From Deltaproteobacteria bacterium (GTDB taxonomy: Bacteria; Myxococcota_A; Polyangia; Polyangiales; Houyiibacteriaceae): a stretch of DNA of 53,793 nt. The stretch is from positions 1 to 53,793 of the forward strand of contig JAXMNT010000051.1 in assembly GCA_034670305.1 (NCBI GenBank), written 5' to 3'. Each line of letters begins with the position of its first letter. The stretch's first letter is position 1. Below the pieces are notes generated by a model. It worked only from the letters and a program-made list of their open reading frames with translations. It did no database searches and was not told the DNA's origin. Position numbers and translations under genes: made by a program. Shown here in pieces: positions 1 through 9,997 of this stretch.

Positions 1-83
1 GGATGCTCGCTGTACTCGTCGCAGCCCTTCGAGATCGCCGTCTCTACGACAAAACCCAGCGTCGCCTCCCAAAGCCGATCTGA
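1..83 (+). CDS. 3' end of a gene cut by the window edge; possibly the C-terminus of an IS110-family transposase
   Basis: Frame 3 reads MLAVLVAALRDRRLYDKTQRRLPKPI* (TGA 81-83). This resembles the 'L.xL..xLRD.xxYD' tail of IS110 transposases. Only 26 codons are visible. Confidence 0.4.
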   Translation, partial: MLAVLVAALRDRRLYDKTQRRLPKPI

Positions 84-118
84 CCCTCAAGAGGGCTTGA
101 CGGACGGTAGGAGGTCCT
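84..118 (+). mobile_element. Putative IS110 right end carrying an outward -35 box
   Basis: Small hairpin CCCTC-AA-GAGGG (84-95), TTGACG (97-102), then GGTAGGAGGTCCT running into a GCCCTT repeat. Confidence 0.35.
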
Positions 119-145
119 TGCCCTTGCCCTCAGGCTGGAGCGGAG

Positions 146-294
146 TCGGCATCGGCATCGGCATCGGCTTCGGCATCGGCATCGGCATCGGCTTCGGCAT
201 CGGCATCGGCGTCGGCATCGGCTTCGGCTTCGGCGTCGCCTTCGGTGTCGGCGTCGGCTACTGCTTCTGCTGCTACTGCTTCTGCTTCGGCGTC
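146..294. repeat. Hexamer-period array (TCGGC[A/T/G])n drifting into (TCTGCT)n
   Basis: Directly visible tandem units in the gap between convergent genes. Confidence 0.95.
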
Positions 295-306
295 TCCCCG
301 GGCCCG

Positions 307-1152
307 TCAGCCGAGCCTGCGGTGCTTCAAGCTCGGCAGCTCGCGCCGCACCTTCGCCACGAACTCCGGGTCGATGGTCGCGACCGCGCACCCCTCCCCT
401 TCGCCGCACTCCGCGAGCACCGTGCCCCAAGGGTCGGCGATCAACGCGTGGCCATAGGACACCCGACGACTGGAGCCGTCCTTGTTCACATGGCGGCCGG
501 TTTGCGCCGCGGCGAGCACGTACGACTGCTGCTCGATCGCGCGGGCCCGCAGCAAGATGTGCCAGTGGTCTTTGCCGGTGTGGAGCGTGAAGGCTGCCGG
601 CACCGTGAGCGCGATCGCGCCCTCGTCGACGAGCTTCCGGTAGAGCTCAGGAAAACGAACGTCGTAACAAACACTGAGGCCGAGTTTGCCGAACGCGGTG
701 TCGGTCACGACGGTCTGGGTGCCAGGCTCCACGGTCTCCGACTCGACGAGGCGCGTGCCGTCCGCGAGGTCCACGTCGAAGAGGTGGATCTTTCGGTAGA
801 TGGCCGCGACCTGCCCGTCCGCGCGAAGATGCACGCAGGCGTTGCGCACCTTGTCCGCGGTCGCACCCTTCTCCCAGAACCCACCGAGTACCAGCTCGAC
901 CTCGAGCTCCTTCGCGAGCGCGGCGCACTGCGCCAGGATCGGACCGGGGGCCTCTTCGGGCGCGAGGCTCTCGGCCACTTCGAACTTGCCGTCTTCGCGC
1001 CCGAGCTGTGCAAAACACTCCGGCACGACGATCAGACGCGCGCCGTCTTTCGCGGCGCGGCGCGTCCACCGGGCGAGCGCGGCGAGGTTGCGTTCGACTT
1101 CGTCGTTCGAGTTGAGCTGGAGTACGCCGACTCGGGTCGTCTTGTCCGTCAT
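307..1152 (-). CDS. Carbon-nitrogen hydrolase / nitrilase family (Nit1-like deaminated glutathione amidase)
   Basis: Catalytic E-K-C triad motifs VPEC, YRKIHLFD and VCYDVRFPE; also TGKDHW..LLRARAIE and YGHALIADPWG. Confidence 0.92.
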   Translation of the reverse strand: MTDKTTRVGVLQLNSNDEVERNLAALARWTRRAAKDGARLIVVPECFAQLGREDGKFEVAESLAPEEAPGPILAQCAALAKELEVELVLGGFWEKGATADKVRNACVHLRADGQVAAIYRKIHLFDVDLADGTRLVESETVEPGTQTVVTDTAFGKLGLSVCYDVRFPELYRKLVDEGAIALTVPAAFTLHTGKDHWHILLRARAIEQQSYVLAAAQTGRHVNKDGSSRRVSYGHALIADPWGTVLAECGEGEGCAVATIDPEFVAKVRRELPSLKHRRLG

Positions 1153-1213
1153 GGATACGGGCTACCCCGGCTCCCCGGGGCATGCACGCCGACGCGGGCT
1201 TGCGCCCGCGAGT

Positions 1214-3418
1214 TCAGCCGCCGCCCTGAATCAGGCGCAGGCTCGGCGCCGGGGCGAAGGCCGCGAGGTGGCCACTCTCTTCGGCGACGTACACCCAGCC
1301 CCGCTCATCGACCCGGACCCGGTCGGGCACGAGATCGCAGGGAAGTTCTCCTAGAGGTTCGCCATCGCGGGGCCGGAGGATGTGCACCGTGTCGGCCGGA
1401 ACGAAGAGGGCACCGCCGCGCAGCACCGGTTCCAGTTGCCGCGGCACCTCGTCGCCGAAGGGGTCGCCGAGCACCCGACTCCAGACACACTCCCCGCGCT
1501 CTACGTCGATGCCCGTGACCACACCGCCCGCGGCGTTGACCACCAGCAGGTCGTCGATGGCCAGGCAAGCACCGGCGCCGAGACCCGGATCCTGAAGCCG
1601 CCAGGTCTCTTCGCCCGAGTTCACGTCGATGCCGAGGATCTCGTCTTCGCGCGTCACGACGACCGCCACTCGGCGCACGCCGACGGGCGAGGTGCCCGCC
1701 GCCGCCTTGACGGTGCGGGACCATCGGGCGCTGCCGGTGATGAGGTCCACGCCGTAGCAGTTGCCGTCTTTGCCGATCGCGACGACGACGTCTCCCACCA
1801 CGACCGGCGCACTCGCGAAACGCGTGCGCGCGGAGTAGCGCCAGATGTCTTCGCCCGTGGTGATGTCGAGCGCATGAATCGCGCCTTCGCTCGCGACGAT
1901 GAGCAGCCGGCCGCTCCGGGCCAGGTGGATCGCGCCACCACGCCGGGTGGAGAACCGCCATCGCGGCTGCCCCGTCCACAGATCGATCGCCACGAGTTGG
2001 GAGACCCCTTCGGCCAGAATCGCGGTGGGCGGCATGCCCTCGCCGGCGCTCAGGACGCCTTGCATCGGCCCGCCGACGCGCGGCGCGACCTGCGCCATCG
2101 CGTGGGGCTCTCCATCGAGGACATCGCAGATCTCGACGTCGCCTTCGTCGCCGAGCCGAAGCAGAAACGGCCCCGCCATGAGGTTGGTGCTGGCGCCTTC
2201 CCGCGCCCAGAGCACGTCGCCGGAGCCCCGCTCGACCGCCACGGTGTGGCGCGAGGACGAGAGCACGAGGCGGTCGCCGCAAAAGTAGGTCGCGGCCGCG
2301 TCGAGGTCGCCCATGGCGATGCGCCACCGCTCCTCGAAGCGCAGCCCTCCGCGCGGTTCGGGCGCCGCGACCGGCTCCGGCTTGGGCTCCCCTTCCATCG
2401 CGGCGCGGGTGCGTTCGGGGTCCGGGTTGACGAACCCATCTTCGCTCTGATGATCCCGGAGGATGCGCCGGAGGGTGCGGATCTCTTCCCGCAACGCGCT
2501 GACGCGCAGGTTGCGCGCCTGGGCTCGGTCCACGCTCACCAGGGTGCGGATGGCATCGGAGGCGACGCGCAGCATGGGCACAACGACCGAGGGCACGTCG
2601 AGCGACGCCGCCGCCACCTCGACTTCGCCGCGCGCGAGGCCGAGTGAGACCTCTTCTTTTGCGTTGAGCCGGACGTCGACGCGAAACGCGCCGGAGCGGA
2701 GACGAACGTGGGTGGTGCGACCCGCCTGCCAGGCATCGAGCAGCGCGCGCGACGCCACCACCATGCGCTGAATCGGGAGCATGATCGGGCCGTTGGCGAG
2801 CGCGATGCGGCGTCCGCGCACGAAGGCCCAGAGCTTGCCGGTGAAGAGCAGCGCGTGCACATCGGCGCGGGCGGCGCGACTGGACACCGCCGGGCTCGGA
2901 AAGACCGAGGCTTCGAACCCGAACGACACCGGCACATCGGCCTGCGCCGAGGTGGCGCCGCGGCACTCGGTGCTGGGTTCGAGTGCGTCGGCGCGGTCGT
3001 CGACGATGGTCGTCTTCAGGGCGCGTTCGGCGAGGCGGATCGCGATCTGTCGATTGGTGGGTTCGGTCTCGTACTGAGACTGCTGCAGCGTCGCCCGAGC
3101 CGAAACCCGCAGAAGGTCCGCAAGAGACACGTCGCGATCCAGCTGATGCACCTCCGGCGCCGAACTCGTGTCGTACGCACTCACCAGCACGCGGGCGCCG
3201 CGGCGTACGAGCGCGAACTCGATGGGCACGCCGGCCAGCGGCAGCAGCGCCTTGTGGCGGGCACCCCGCGCCAGCGCGGTCGCGGCCGCGGCGATGTCTC
3301 CAGCAGATGGGAGCTCGGCCAGTCCCGTGCGGGGATCGAGGAGCAGGAGGCGCAGCGGGCCGAGCGCGTCAAGAGACGGGGTCGGGGCTGCGGGCGGGCG
3401 ATCTTGGATGACGTCCAT
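1214..3418 (-). CDS. PQQ-like/BamB-type beta-propeller repeat protein with an uncharacterised N-terminal half
   Basis: Repeated A.D..TG...W blades in the C-terminal half (AIDLWTGQPRW, ALDITTGEDIW, GVDLITGSARW). Start moved to ATG 3418 (MDVIQD). No signal peptide. Confidence 0.8.
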   Translation of the reverse strand: MDVIQDRPPAAPTPSLDALGPLRLLLLDPRTGLAELPSAGDIAAAATALARGARHKALLPLAGVPIEFALVRRGARVLVSAYDTSSAPEVHQLDRDVSLADLLRVSARATLQQSQYETEPTNRQIAIRLAERALKTTIVDDRADALEPSTECRGATSAQADVPVSFGFEASVFPSPAVSSRAARADVHALLFTGKLWAFVRGRRIALANGPIMLPIQRMVVASRALLDAWQAGRTTHVRLRSGAFRVDVRLNAKEEVSLGLARGEVEVAAASLDVPSVVVPMLRVASDAIRTLVSVDRAQARNLRVSALREEIRTLRRILRDHQSEDGFVNPDPERTRAAMEGEPKPEPVAAPEPRGGLRFEERWRIAMGDLDAAATYFCGDRLVLSSSRHTVAVERGSGDVLWAREGASTNLMAGPFLLRLGDEGDVEICDVLDGEPHAMAQVAPRVGGPMQGVLSAGEGMPPTAILAEGVSQLVAIDLWTGQPRWRFSTRRGGAIHLARSGRLLIVASEGAIHALDITTGEDIWRYSARTRFASAPVVVGDVVVAIGKDGNCYGVDLITGSARWSRTVKAAAGTSPVGVRRVAVVVTREDEILGIDVNSGEETWRLQDPGLGAGACLAIDDLLVVNAAGGVVTGIDVERGECVWSRVLGDPFGDEVPRQLEPVLRGGALFVPADTVHILRPRDGEPLGELPCDLVPDRVRVDERGWVYVAEESGHLAAFAPAPSLRLIQGGG

Positions 3419-3545
3419 GAGGAAATGAGGTCGCGAAGGGCACGACCAACGACATCGTAGAAAGACTGTTTTTGATGGATCAACAAACGGTGATCCCGCG
3501 AACGAATGTTGACAGGAGGGTGCGGCTTCGGGATCCCCTGGGCCG

Positions 3546-4019
3546 GTGGAGATTCCCACCAAAGAGTTGCCATCCGCGTTCACAGGAGAAGCGGTCGTGG
3601 GGGTGCTGCTGAGCCGCTGCCCTGCGGCCACGTACCTGCTCTTGCTCCGCCGCGCACCGCACCGCACCGCCGCCCCCGGCCTCTGGGAGACGGTCTCCGG
3701 CCGGGTCTTCGTCGGGGAGACGGCGCTGGACGCCGTGACTCGGGAGGTCAACGAAGAGTGCGGTCTGCAGCCGGACGTGCGGGCAGATGCGGTGGACCAC
3801 TACGACATCGTACGCGCCGGGGTACCCATGCCGGTCACGGTGTTCGCGTGCGAGGTCCTGCCAGAGAGAGGTCGCCCGCCGGACATTCAACGGTCGGACG
3901 AACACGACGCCGACCGCTGGCACCCGTGGTCGTCCACCGCGCGCTCCGAGCTGCTCGAACTCGGCGTCCCGGAGCGGCTCGTCGACGCCATCGAACGGGC
4001 CCACGCCGCCCTGACCTGA
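3546..4019 (+). CDS. NUDIX hydrolase
   Basis: Nudix box GRVFVGETALDAVTREVNEECGL, plus SDEHDADRW. Confidence 0.88.
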   Translation: MEIPTKELPSAFTGEAVVGVLLSRCPAATYLLLLRRAPHRTAAPGLWETVSGRVFVGETALDAVTREVNEECGLQPDVRADAVDHYDIVRAGVPMPVTVFACEVLPERGRPPDIQRSDEHDADRWHPWSSTARSELLELGVPERLVDAIERAHAALT

Positions 4020-4033
4020 GGTAGCCTCGCCCG

Positions 4034-5899
4034 GTGAGCGACGTCGAACCCGCCGAGTTGCTCGAGATCCGGGATCTCGAGACCGTCTTCTACACGGACG
4101 AAGGGGTGGTCCGGGCCGTCGACGGCATCGATCTCACCGTGTCGGCCGGACGCACCCTGGGGCTCGTCGGAGAGTCGGGATCCGGCAAGTCGGTGACCAG
4201 CCTGACCGTGATGGGGCTGCTGCCCGAACTCGTCGCCTCGGTGGAAGCCGGCACGGTTTCGTTCCTCGGCCGCGATCTCGTGCGTCTGCCGCCCAAGGAG
4301 TTCCGTCCGCTGCGCGGTTTCGACATCGCGATGATCTTCCAGGAGCCTGGCACCTCGCTCAACCCGGTCTACCGAGTCGGCGCCCAGGTGATGGAGACCA
4401 TCCAGCTGCACCTCGACGTCGACAAACAGGAAGCGCGCGAGCGCACGATCAAGCTCTTCGACGAGGTCGGCATTCCCGATCCGGAGCGACGCATCGACAG
4501 CTACCCGCACGAGATGAGCGGCGGCCAGAAGCAGCGGGTCATGATCGCTATGGCGCTCTCGTGCGATCCGAAGTTGCTCATCGCGGACGAACCGACCACC
4601 GCGCTCGACGTGACCATCCAAGCGCAGATCCTGGATTTGCTCCGCAAGCTTCGGGACGAGCGCGACATGGGGGTGCTCTTCATCACCCACGACCTTGGGG
4701 TCATCGCGGAGATCGCAGACGACGTCGCGGTCATGTTCCGCGGGCACCTGATGGAGACCGGATCCGTCCTCGACATCTTCCGCCGCCCTTCCCATCCGTA
4801 CACCAAGGGCCTGCTCGCCTGCCGACCGCGGCTCGACACGACCTGGCGTCGGTTGCCGACGGTCGCGGACTACATGGACGTCGAAGACACCGACGACGGT
4901 CCGAAGATCACGCCGAAGGATCCGCCGGACGAAGCAGAGTTTCTGCGCGGACGCGGGCGGCTGCTGCACCCCGCGGCGGAGCTCGAACTGCTCGGGCACG
5001 CGTTGCCCACCGGCGATGCGACTTGCTCGACCGCCGAAGCGCCCCTGCTCCGAGTCCGCGACCTGAAGGTTCACTTCCCGATCCGAAAAGGACTGCTGCA
5101 GCGCGTCGTGGATCATGTGCGCGCGGTCGACGGCATCTCGTTCGACGTCTACCCCGGGCAGACACTCGGTCTGGTCGGCGAGAGCGGGTGCGGAAAGACC
5201 ACCACCGGCCGCGCGATCCTGCGTCTCCAGAAGAAGACCGACGGCACCGTGACCTACGGCGGCGTCGACGTACACACGCTCAAAGGCGAAGCGCTCCGGC
5301 TCTGGCGCCGCAAGATCCAGATCGTCTTCCAGGATCCCTACGCGTCCTTGAACCCGCGGATGCGGGTGGTCGCGATGTTGACCGAAGCCATGGAGATCCA
5401 CGCCATCGGCTCGAGTGCCGAGGATCGGGAGTCGCGCGCGGCGCAGTTGCTCGAGGAGGTCGGCCTGAAGGCGGACCACATGCGCCGGTACCCGCACGAG
5501 TTCTCCGGCGGCCAGCGCCAGCGCATCGGCATCGCCCGCGCCCTCGCGGTGGAGCCCGAGATGATCGTGTGCGACGAGTCGGTCAGTGCGCTCGATGTCA
5601 GCGTGCAGGCGCAGGTGCTCAACCTGCTCAAGGATCTGCAAGAGCAGCGCGGCCTCACCTACATCTTCATCAGCCACGACCTGAGCGTCGTGAAGTTCAT
5701 GAGCGACATGATGGCCGTGATGAGCGACGGCAAGATCGTCGAGTTCGGCCCCTCCGACGCGATCTACGAAGCCCCCCGCGAGGCGTACACCCGGAGCCTC
5801 ATCGCCGCGATCCCCGACGACTCGATCGCCAACATCGAACGCCGCCAAGAAGGCCGCACCCGCCCCACGACCCCCATCGGCGCCGACGAAGAGAGCTGA
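4034..5899 (+). CDS. Peptide/nickel ABC transporter ATP-binding protein with two fused ATPase domains
   Basis: Two Walker A motifs ([16 protein letters not shown]), signatures MSGGQKQR and [16 protein letters not shown] and DESVSALD, and HPYT. Confidence 0.95.
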   Translation: MSDVEPAELLEIRDLETVFYTDEGVVRAVDGIDLTVSAGRTLGLVGESGSGKSVTSLTVMGLLPELVASVEAGTVSFLGRDLVRLPPKEFRPLRGFDIAMIFQEPGTSLNPVYRVGAQVMETIQLHLDVDKQEARERTIKLFDEVGIPDPERRIDSYPHEMSGGQKQRVMIAMALSCDPKLLIADEPTTALDVTIQAQILDLLRKLRDERDMGVLFITHDLGVIAEIADDVAVMFRGHLMETGSVLDIFRRPSHPYTKGLLACRPRLDTTWRRLPTVADYMDVEDTDDGPKITPKDPPDEAEFLRGRGRLLHPAAELELLGHALPTGDATCSTAEAPLLRVRDLKVHFPIRKGLLQRVVDHVRAVDGISFDVYPGQTLGLVGESGCGKTTTGRAILRLQKKTDGTVTYGGVDVHTLKGEALRLWRRKIQIVFQDPYASLNPRMRVVAMLTEAMEIHAIGSSAEDRESRAAQLLEEVGLKADHMRRYPHEFSGGQRQRIGIARALAVEPEMIVCDESVSALDVSVQAQVLNLLKDLQEQRGLTYIFISHDLSVVKFMSDMMAVMSDGKIVEFGPSDAIYEAPREAYTRSLIAAIPDDSIANIERRQEGRTRPTTPIGADEES

Positions 5900-5951
5900 C
5901 CCCTCGTGCACTGGTGGGCGCGAGTCAGCCCAACCGGAACAAGAAGGGGAG

Positions 5952-6203
5952 CGGCGTCGGCTTCGGCGTCGGTGTCGACGTCGGCTTCGGCGTCGGCGTC
6001 GGCTTCGGCGTCGGCGTCGGTGTCGGCTTCGGGATCGGCGTCGGCGTCGGCTTCGGCGTCGGCTTCGGCGTCGGCTTCGGCTTCGGCGTCGGCGTCGGCT
6101 TCGGCATCGGCTTCGGCGTCGGCGTCGGTGTCGGCTTCGGCGTCGGCGTCGGCTTCGGCTTCGCCTTCGGCTTCGGCTGTGCGCGGCGTCGGCGTCCGGC
6201 TTC
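5952..6203. repeat. Hexamer-period array (TCGGC[G/T/A])n
   Basis: About 40 visible tandem units in a convergent gap. Confidence 0.95.
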
Positions 6204-6460
6204 GAGTCGTCACCACCCGCTAGAACGCGTCGCACCTGCGGACCCACTGACGTGGACGACCGCCGTCGGTGTGGGCACCCGCCCACAACCATCCACTGGT
6301 TTCATGAATGGTTTTGGCCGACCCCTCGTTGGCGCGTCGATTGCAATGCCATAACACAGGAAGCAATTCCCAGCGCGTGCCGGCCCGCCGTCCCCACTCG
6401 GGTCGGCGCGCGTTCATTTAAGGGGTCTGAGTTTCTTGCCACGACAGGCAGCGACGGGCG

Positions 6461-6504
6461 CGAATTAGGGCCGCCCGTCGAGCGAAGCGAGCCAGGCCCG
6501 TAGC
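6461..6504. repeat. 44-bp dispersed repeat, copy 1
   Basis: CGAATTAGGGCCGCCCGTCGAGCGAAGCGAGCCAGGCCCGTAGC; 43/44 identical to 17463-17506. Confidence 0.9.
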
Positions 6505-6518
6505 AGAGAAATGCAGCC

Positions 6519-6776
6519 TCAGTCGGTTTTTGGACGACGGGGCGTCTTCAGGAAGCGGATGGTGTGGGAACCGATCAGGTCGATGAGGCCATCGCGAATC
6601 ACGTGCTCGCGCACGTAGTCGGAGCCCGCGCCGAACGCAGCCTCTCCACTCACCCGCACGACGACTTCGGAGTCGCTGACGTCGGCGAGCTCGAGGTCCC
6701 CGCCATCGCTCTGAATCAAGGGCCGGAGCACATCGGCGATCCGCGCCTCGATGGCTCCCCGGTCTGGCTCGCTCAC
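6519..6776 (-). CDS. NifU C-terminal-domain-like protein lacking the CxxC motif
   Basis: LRPLIQSDGGDLEL...VVVRVSG matches the NifU domain; GEAAFGAGS replaces GACxGC. Confidence 0.75.
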   Translation of the reverse strand: MSEPDRGAIEARIADVLRPLIQSDGGDLELADVSDSEVVVRVSGEAAFGAGSDYVREHVIRDGLIDLIGSHTIRFLKTPRRPKTD

Positions 6777-6912
6777 CGGGCCACTCTACACCAGAGTCCC
6801 GTCCCCAACGGCCGAGAACGACGGCCAACAGGGCGGTTTGCACGCAACAGATGAAAGCGGACGCGTGAGGGGGCGCATCCCGGAGCGGCGCACCGGCGCT
6901 TAGCCTGCCCCC

Positions 6913-8787
6913 ATGACCCCTTTCCGCCCCGAACCATGGACCCGTGCGCTCAGCGTTCTGTCCACGATCCTCTTGGTGAGTCTCGCAGCGTGCGGGGGCG
7001 ACGACCGTCCACCTGGACGGGACGGCGGCGGCGGCGTCGACAGTGGCGGCGCGTGCACGGAAGGCGCACTCGTCTGCCGCGGTCAAGAACTCCATCTCTG
7101 CACGATGGGCGGCACGGTTCTCCAAGAGACCTGCCCACCAGAGCAGTTCTGCGTACACGGGCTCGGATGCCGCATGTGTCCGCCCGGCATGGTCTTCTGC
7201 GAGGGGCAAGAGGTCCGGGTCTGCAACGAAGACGGCAGCGGCAGCACACTCTCTATGGAGTGCCCCGCGTCGTCGGCGTGCCGCGGAGGCGCGTGCGTCG
7301 ATGCCTGCGCGGTCGCACGGGACGAACGCAGCAACGTGGGCTGCGACTACTTCGCCGTCGACCTCGACAACGAATACACGGGGTTCATCGGCGACCCGCC
7401 CGCGCAGGAGCAGTTCGCGGTCGTGCTCGCCAACCCGAGCACCGTCACGGTGCAGGCCACGGTCATGCGAAGCGACGGCCGCCCGAACGCCGCGGCGCCC
7501 ACCGTGGTCGGCACGTACTTCGTCGAACCGAACGATCTGGTCCGCATCGATCTGCCCGCCCGCGAGGTCGACGGCAGCACCCCGAGCGTCGAAGGGCCCG
7601 GCACCTTCCTGAGCAACCAGGCTTACCGCATCACGACCAACTTCCCGGTCGTCGCGTACCAGTTCAACCCGATCATCGAGAGCGCATCGAACGACGCGTC
7701 GCTGCTCTTGCCGGTGCCCGCGCTCGACCAGCACTACCGCATCATCGGCTGGCCCACGGCGAACCCGATCGAGCCCATCGAGATCGGGCCCGGCATTCCC
7801 GACCACTCCTACGTGACCATCGTCGGGACCGAGCCGAACACCACCGTCACCGTCACCTTCGGTGGACCGATCGTGGCGGGCGGCATCCAGGGCGGCGGCG
7901 ACATCGCGGCCGCGAGTGCCGGCTCCACGGTCGAGTACACCATCGGCCCGTACGACGTGCTCAACCTCGAGTCAGACGACATTCCCGGCGACATGACCGG
8001 CACGTTGGTCACGAGCAGCGCGCCTGTCTCCGTCTTCAGCGGCGGCGAGCGCGGCATCGCACCGCTGACCCGCGACGCCCCCGCACATCCCGACGGCGCG
8101 CCTGAGGACTGGTGCTGCACCGAACACCTCGAAGAGCAGGTCTTCCCGACCACCAGCTGGGGCAAGGGCTTCGTGGTCACGCGCAGCCCGGTGCGCAGCG
8201 ACCACGCGACGTGGCGGGAACCGGACATCTACCGAATCATGGCGGACAAACCCGGCACGGTCGTCACCACGAACCTTCCAGCGCCGAACGACACCTTCAC
8301 GCTGGGCTCTGGTCAAGTGCACGAGTTCTACGCCGATCGTTCGTTCGTCGTGAACGCGACCGAAGCGATCAGCATCATGCAGTTGCTCGTCAGCCAGGAC
8401 TGGGTCCGCAGCTGGAAGCCTGGCCACGGCGGCGACCCGTCGATGATTCTCTTCCCGCCCTCGGAGCAGTACCGGGACGACTACATCTTCCTCGTACCGG
8501 ACACCTTCTCGTCGAACTACGTCGTGATCAGCGCGCCCGACGGCACGGACATCTTCCTCGACGGGGGCGACATCAACGCGGACGAGTTCATGCGCATCTG
8601 CGCGTACGAAAGCGCCGGCACCGTGGACGGCACCCACTACACGGCGGTGACCTGTCCGGTCAGCGGCGGAACCCACCGAGTCACCTCCACGCTGCCAACC
8701 GGCATCATGGTCTACGGCTACCACAACGTGGGCAGCTACGGATACGCGGGCGGCTCGAACCTGACGCGCATCAACCCGCTGATCTGA
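6913..8787 (+). CDS. Lipoprotein with Cys-rich repeats and an IgGFc-binding-protein N-terminal-like domain
   Basis: Lipobox LAAC, SNVGCDYFAVDLDN, YQFNP...SNDASLLLP, HLEEQVFP..SWG, GDPSM, and a C-terminal SYGYAGG. Confidence 0.82.
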   Translation: MTPFRPEPWTRALSVLSTILLVSLAACGGDDRPPGRDGGGGVDSGGACTEGALVCRGQELHLCTMGGTVLQETCPPEQFCVHGLGCRMCPPGMVFCEGQEVRVCNEDGSGSTLSMECPASSACRGGACVDACAVARDERSNVGCDYFAVDLDNEYTGFIGDPPAQEQFAVVLANPSTVTVQATVMRSDGRPNAAAPTVVGTYFVEPNDLVRIDLPAREVDGSTPSVEGPGTFLSNQAYRITTNFPVVAYQFNPIIESASNDASLLLPVPALDQHYRIIGWPTANPIEPIEIGPGIPDHSYVTIVGTEPNTTVTVTFGGPIVAGGIQGGGDIAAASAGSTVEYTIGPYDVLNLESDDIPGDMTGTLVTSSAPVSVFSGGERGIAPLTRDAPAHPDGAPEDWCCTEHLEEQVFPTTSWGKGFVVTRSPVRSDHATWREPDIYRIMADKPGTVVTTNLPAPNDTFTLGSGQVHEFYADRSFVVNATEAISIMQLLVSQDWVRSWKPGHGGDPSMILFPPSEQYRDDYIFLVPDTFSSNYVVISAPDGTDIFLDGGDINADEFMRICAYESAGTVDGTHYTAVTCPVSGGTHRVTSTLPTGIMVYGYHNVGSYGYAGGSNLTRINPLI

Positions 8788-8805
8788 TCCAGCGCCTCGG
8801 CAGGG

Positions 8806-8883
8806 GATCGGGGTTCGGCTTCGGCTCCGGGATCGATCTCGAACCAAGGGCAAGGGCAAGGGCAAGGGCAGGGGCAAGGGCAG
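8806..8883. repeat. Short TCGGCT units followed by a (GGGCAA)n array
   Basis: Visible tandem units in a convergent gap. Confidence 0.85.
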
Positions 8884-8900
8884 TGGCGCCACAGGCGCCG

Positions 8901-9872
8901 CTATTCCGATGGCGGAGTGAGGGGCTCGGGCTCGTGGTAGTCCGGGTCCTTCTTGCCGTCGTACTTGCTGTCCGGCTCGACGAAGATGGGGCCGACGATC
9001 GGCAGCTCGGCGCGGACCGCGTCTTCCACCCGGTCGATGATGTCCTCGAGCTTTCCGATGTCGAGGTCGTTCCGAAACTGCACCTTCAGCGCGACGAGGA
9101 CGTCGTCGGCGGAGCGGTGCACGGTGATGACTTGGGTGACCCTCTCGACCGCGGGGTCCTTCTCGACCGTGTCGAGAATCTTCTGCCGGTTCTCGATCGA
9201 CACGGACTCGCCGAGCAAGAGACTGTGGGTCTCGAACGCAAGCAGCAGAGCCACCACGCAGAGGATGACGCCGATGAGAATCGACCCGAGTGCGTCCCAG
9301 CCAAACCAACCGGTGAACTCGGTGAGCAGGACCGCTGCGAGGGCCACCAGCAGGCCAGCGAGCGCGGCGGCGTCTTCCATCAAGACGACCGGCACGGTCG
9401 GATCCTTCGCCCGCAAGAACTGCTTGAGGAACGGAACGGTGCCGCGCTTGGAGTTGAACTCCTTGATCGCGACCATGAACACGACCGCCTCGAATACGAT
9501 CGCCATGCCGAGCACGACGTAGTTCACCAGCTGGCTGTGGCCGCTGACCTCGTGTTCGGTCACGAGGAAGCCGTGGATGCCTTCGTAGAGTGCGAACACC
9601 CCACCGAGCGCGAAGATCACGAGGCTGACCACGAAGGGCCAGAAGTAGCTCTCTGGCCCGTAGCCGAGCGGATGCAGCGCGGTCGGCGGACGCGCCGCCC
9701 GCTTCATGCCGTAGACCAGAAGCGTCTGGTTCACGGTGTCCGCGGTGCTGTGGACCGCCTCGGACAACATCGCGGTGCTGCCCGTTAGGAAGGACGCGAC
9801 GAACTTGGAGATGGCGATGAGACCATTTCCGATCATCGCCGCGTACACGACTTTCTTGTTTCCTGCGTCCAT
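8901..9872 (-). CDS. Cation diffusion facilitator (CDF) transporter
   Basis: TGSTAMLSEAVHSTADT, HPLGYG and EDAAAL motifs, six TM segments and a dimerisation domain. Start ATG 9872 with a GGAG RBS. Confidence 0.92.
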   Translation of the reverse strand: MDAGNKKVVYAAMIGNGLIAISKFVASFLTGSTAMLSEAVHSTADTVNQTLLVYGMKRAARPPTALHPLGYGPESYFWPFVVSLVIFALGGVFALYEGIHGFLVTEHEVSGHSQLVNYVVLGMAIVFEAVVFMVAIKEFNSKRGTVPFLKQFLRAKDPTVPVVLMEDAAALAGLLVALAAVLLTEFTGWFGWDALGSILIGVILCVVALLLAFETHSLLLGESVSIENRQKILDTVEKDPAVERVTQVITVHRSADDVLVALKVQFRNDLDIGKLEDIIDRVEDAVRAELPIVGPIFVEPDSKYDGKKDPDYHEPEPLTPPSE

Positions 9873-9997
9873 GGGTGCCTCTCCATACCCGCCGCCCCCA
9901 CCTCTTGCCAACCCCCGGCCCGTGAAGTCCCCTGAAGTTCAGCCCGTCAGAAACGTGCAGCGGGGACTTTGGCCCAAGGGTTCCTTATCCTTCGGGC

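Noticed and set aside
97-1518. Long alternative-frame ORFs (e.g. 97-1518, 3887-6292, 17709-20159, 24611-27010, 31269-33740, 32801-35560)
   Set aside because: They are shadow ORFs of high-GC DNA overlapping genes with clear motifs, and their products are Arg/Pro-rich or repeat-derived.
3509-3540. TTGACA upstream of the NUDIX gene as a sigma-70 promoter
   Set aside because: There is no plausible -10 element at 16-18 bp spacing.
4034-5899. Orphan ABC ATPase as a novel system
   Set aside because: Fused peptide-ABC ATPases are often encoded apart from their permeases, and nothing else here is unusual.
5952-6203. Hexamer and 12-mer arrays as a CRISPR array
   Set aside because: They are contiguous 6-nt units with no unique spacers, and no cas genes are present in the window.
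5764-6223. (AE)n, (SA)n, (PK)n and (GF)n ORFs across the arrays as real proteins or RiPP precursors
   Set aside because: The arrays are open in all frames by construction, and these ORFs lack a credible RBS or start. Only the 42827 array lies in a credible CDS.
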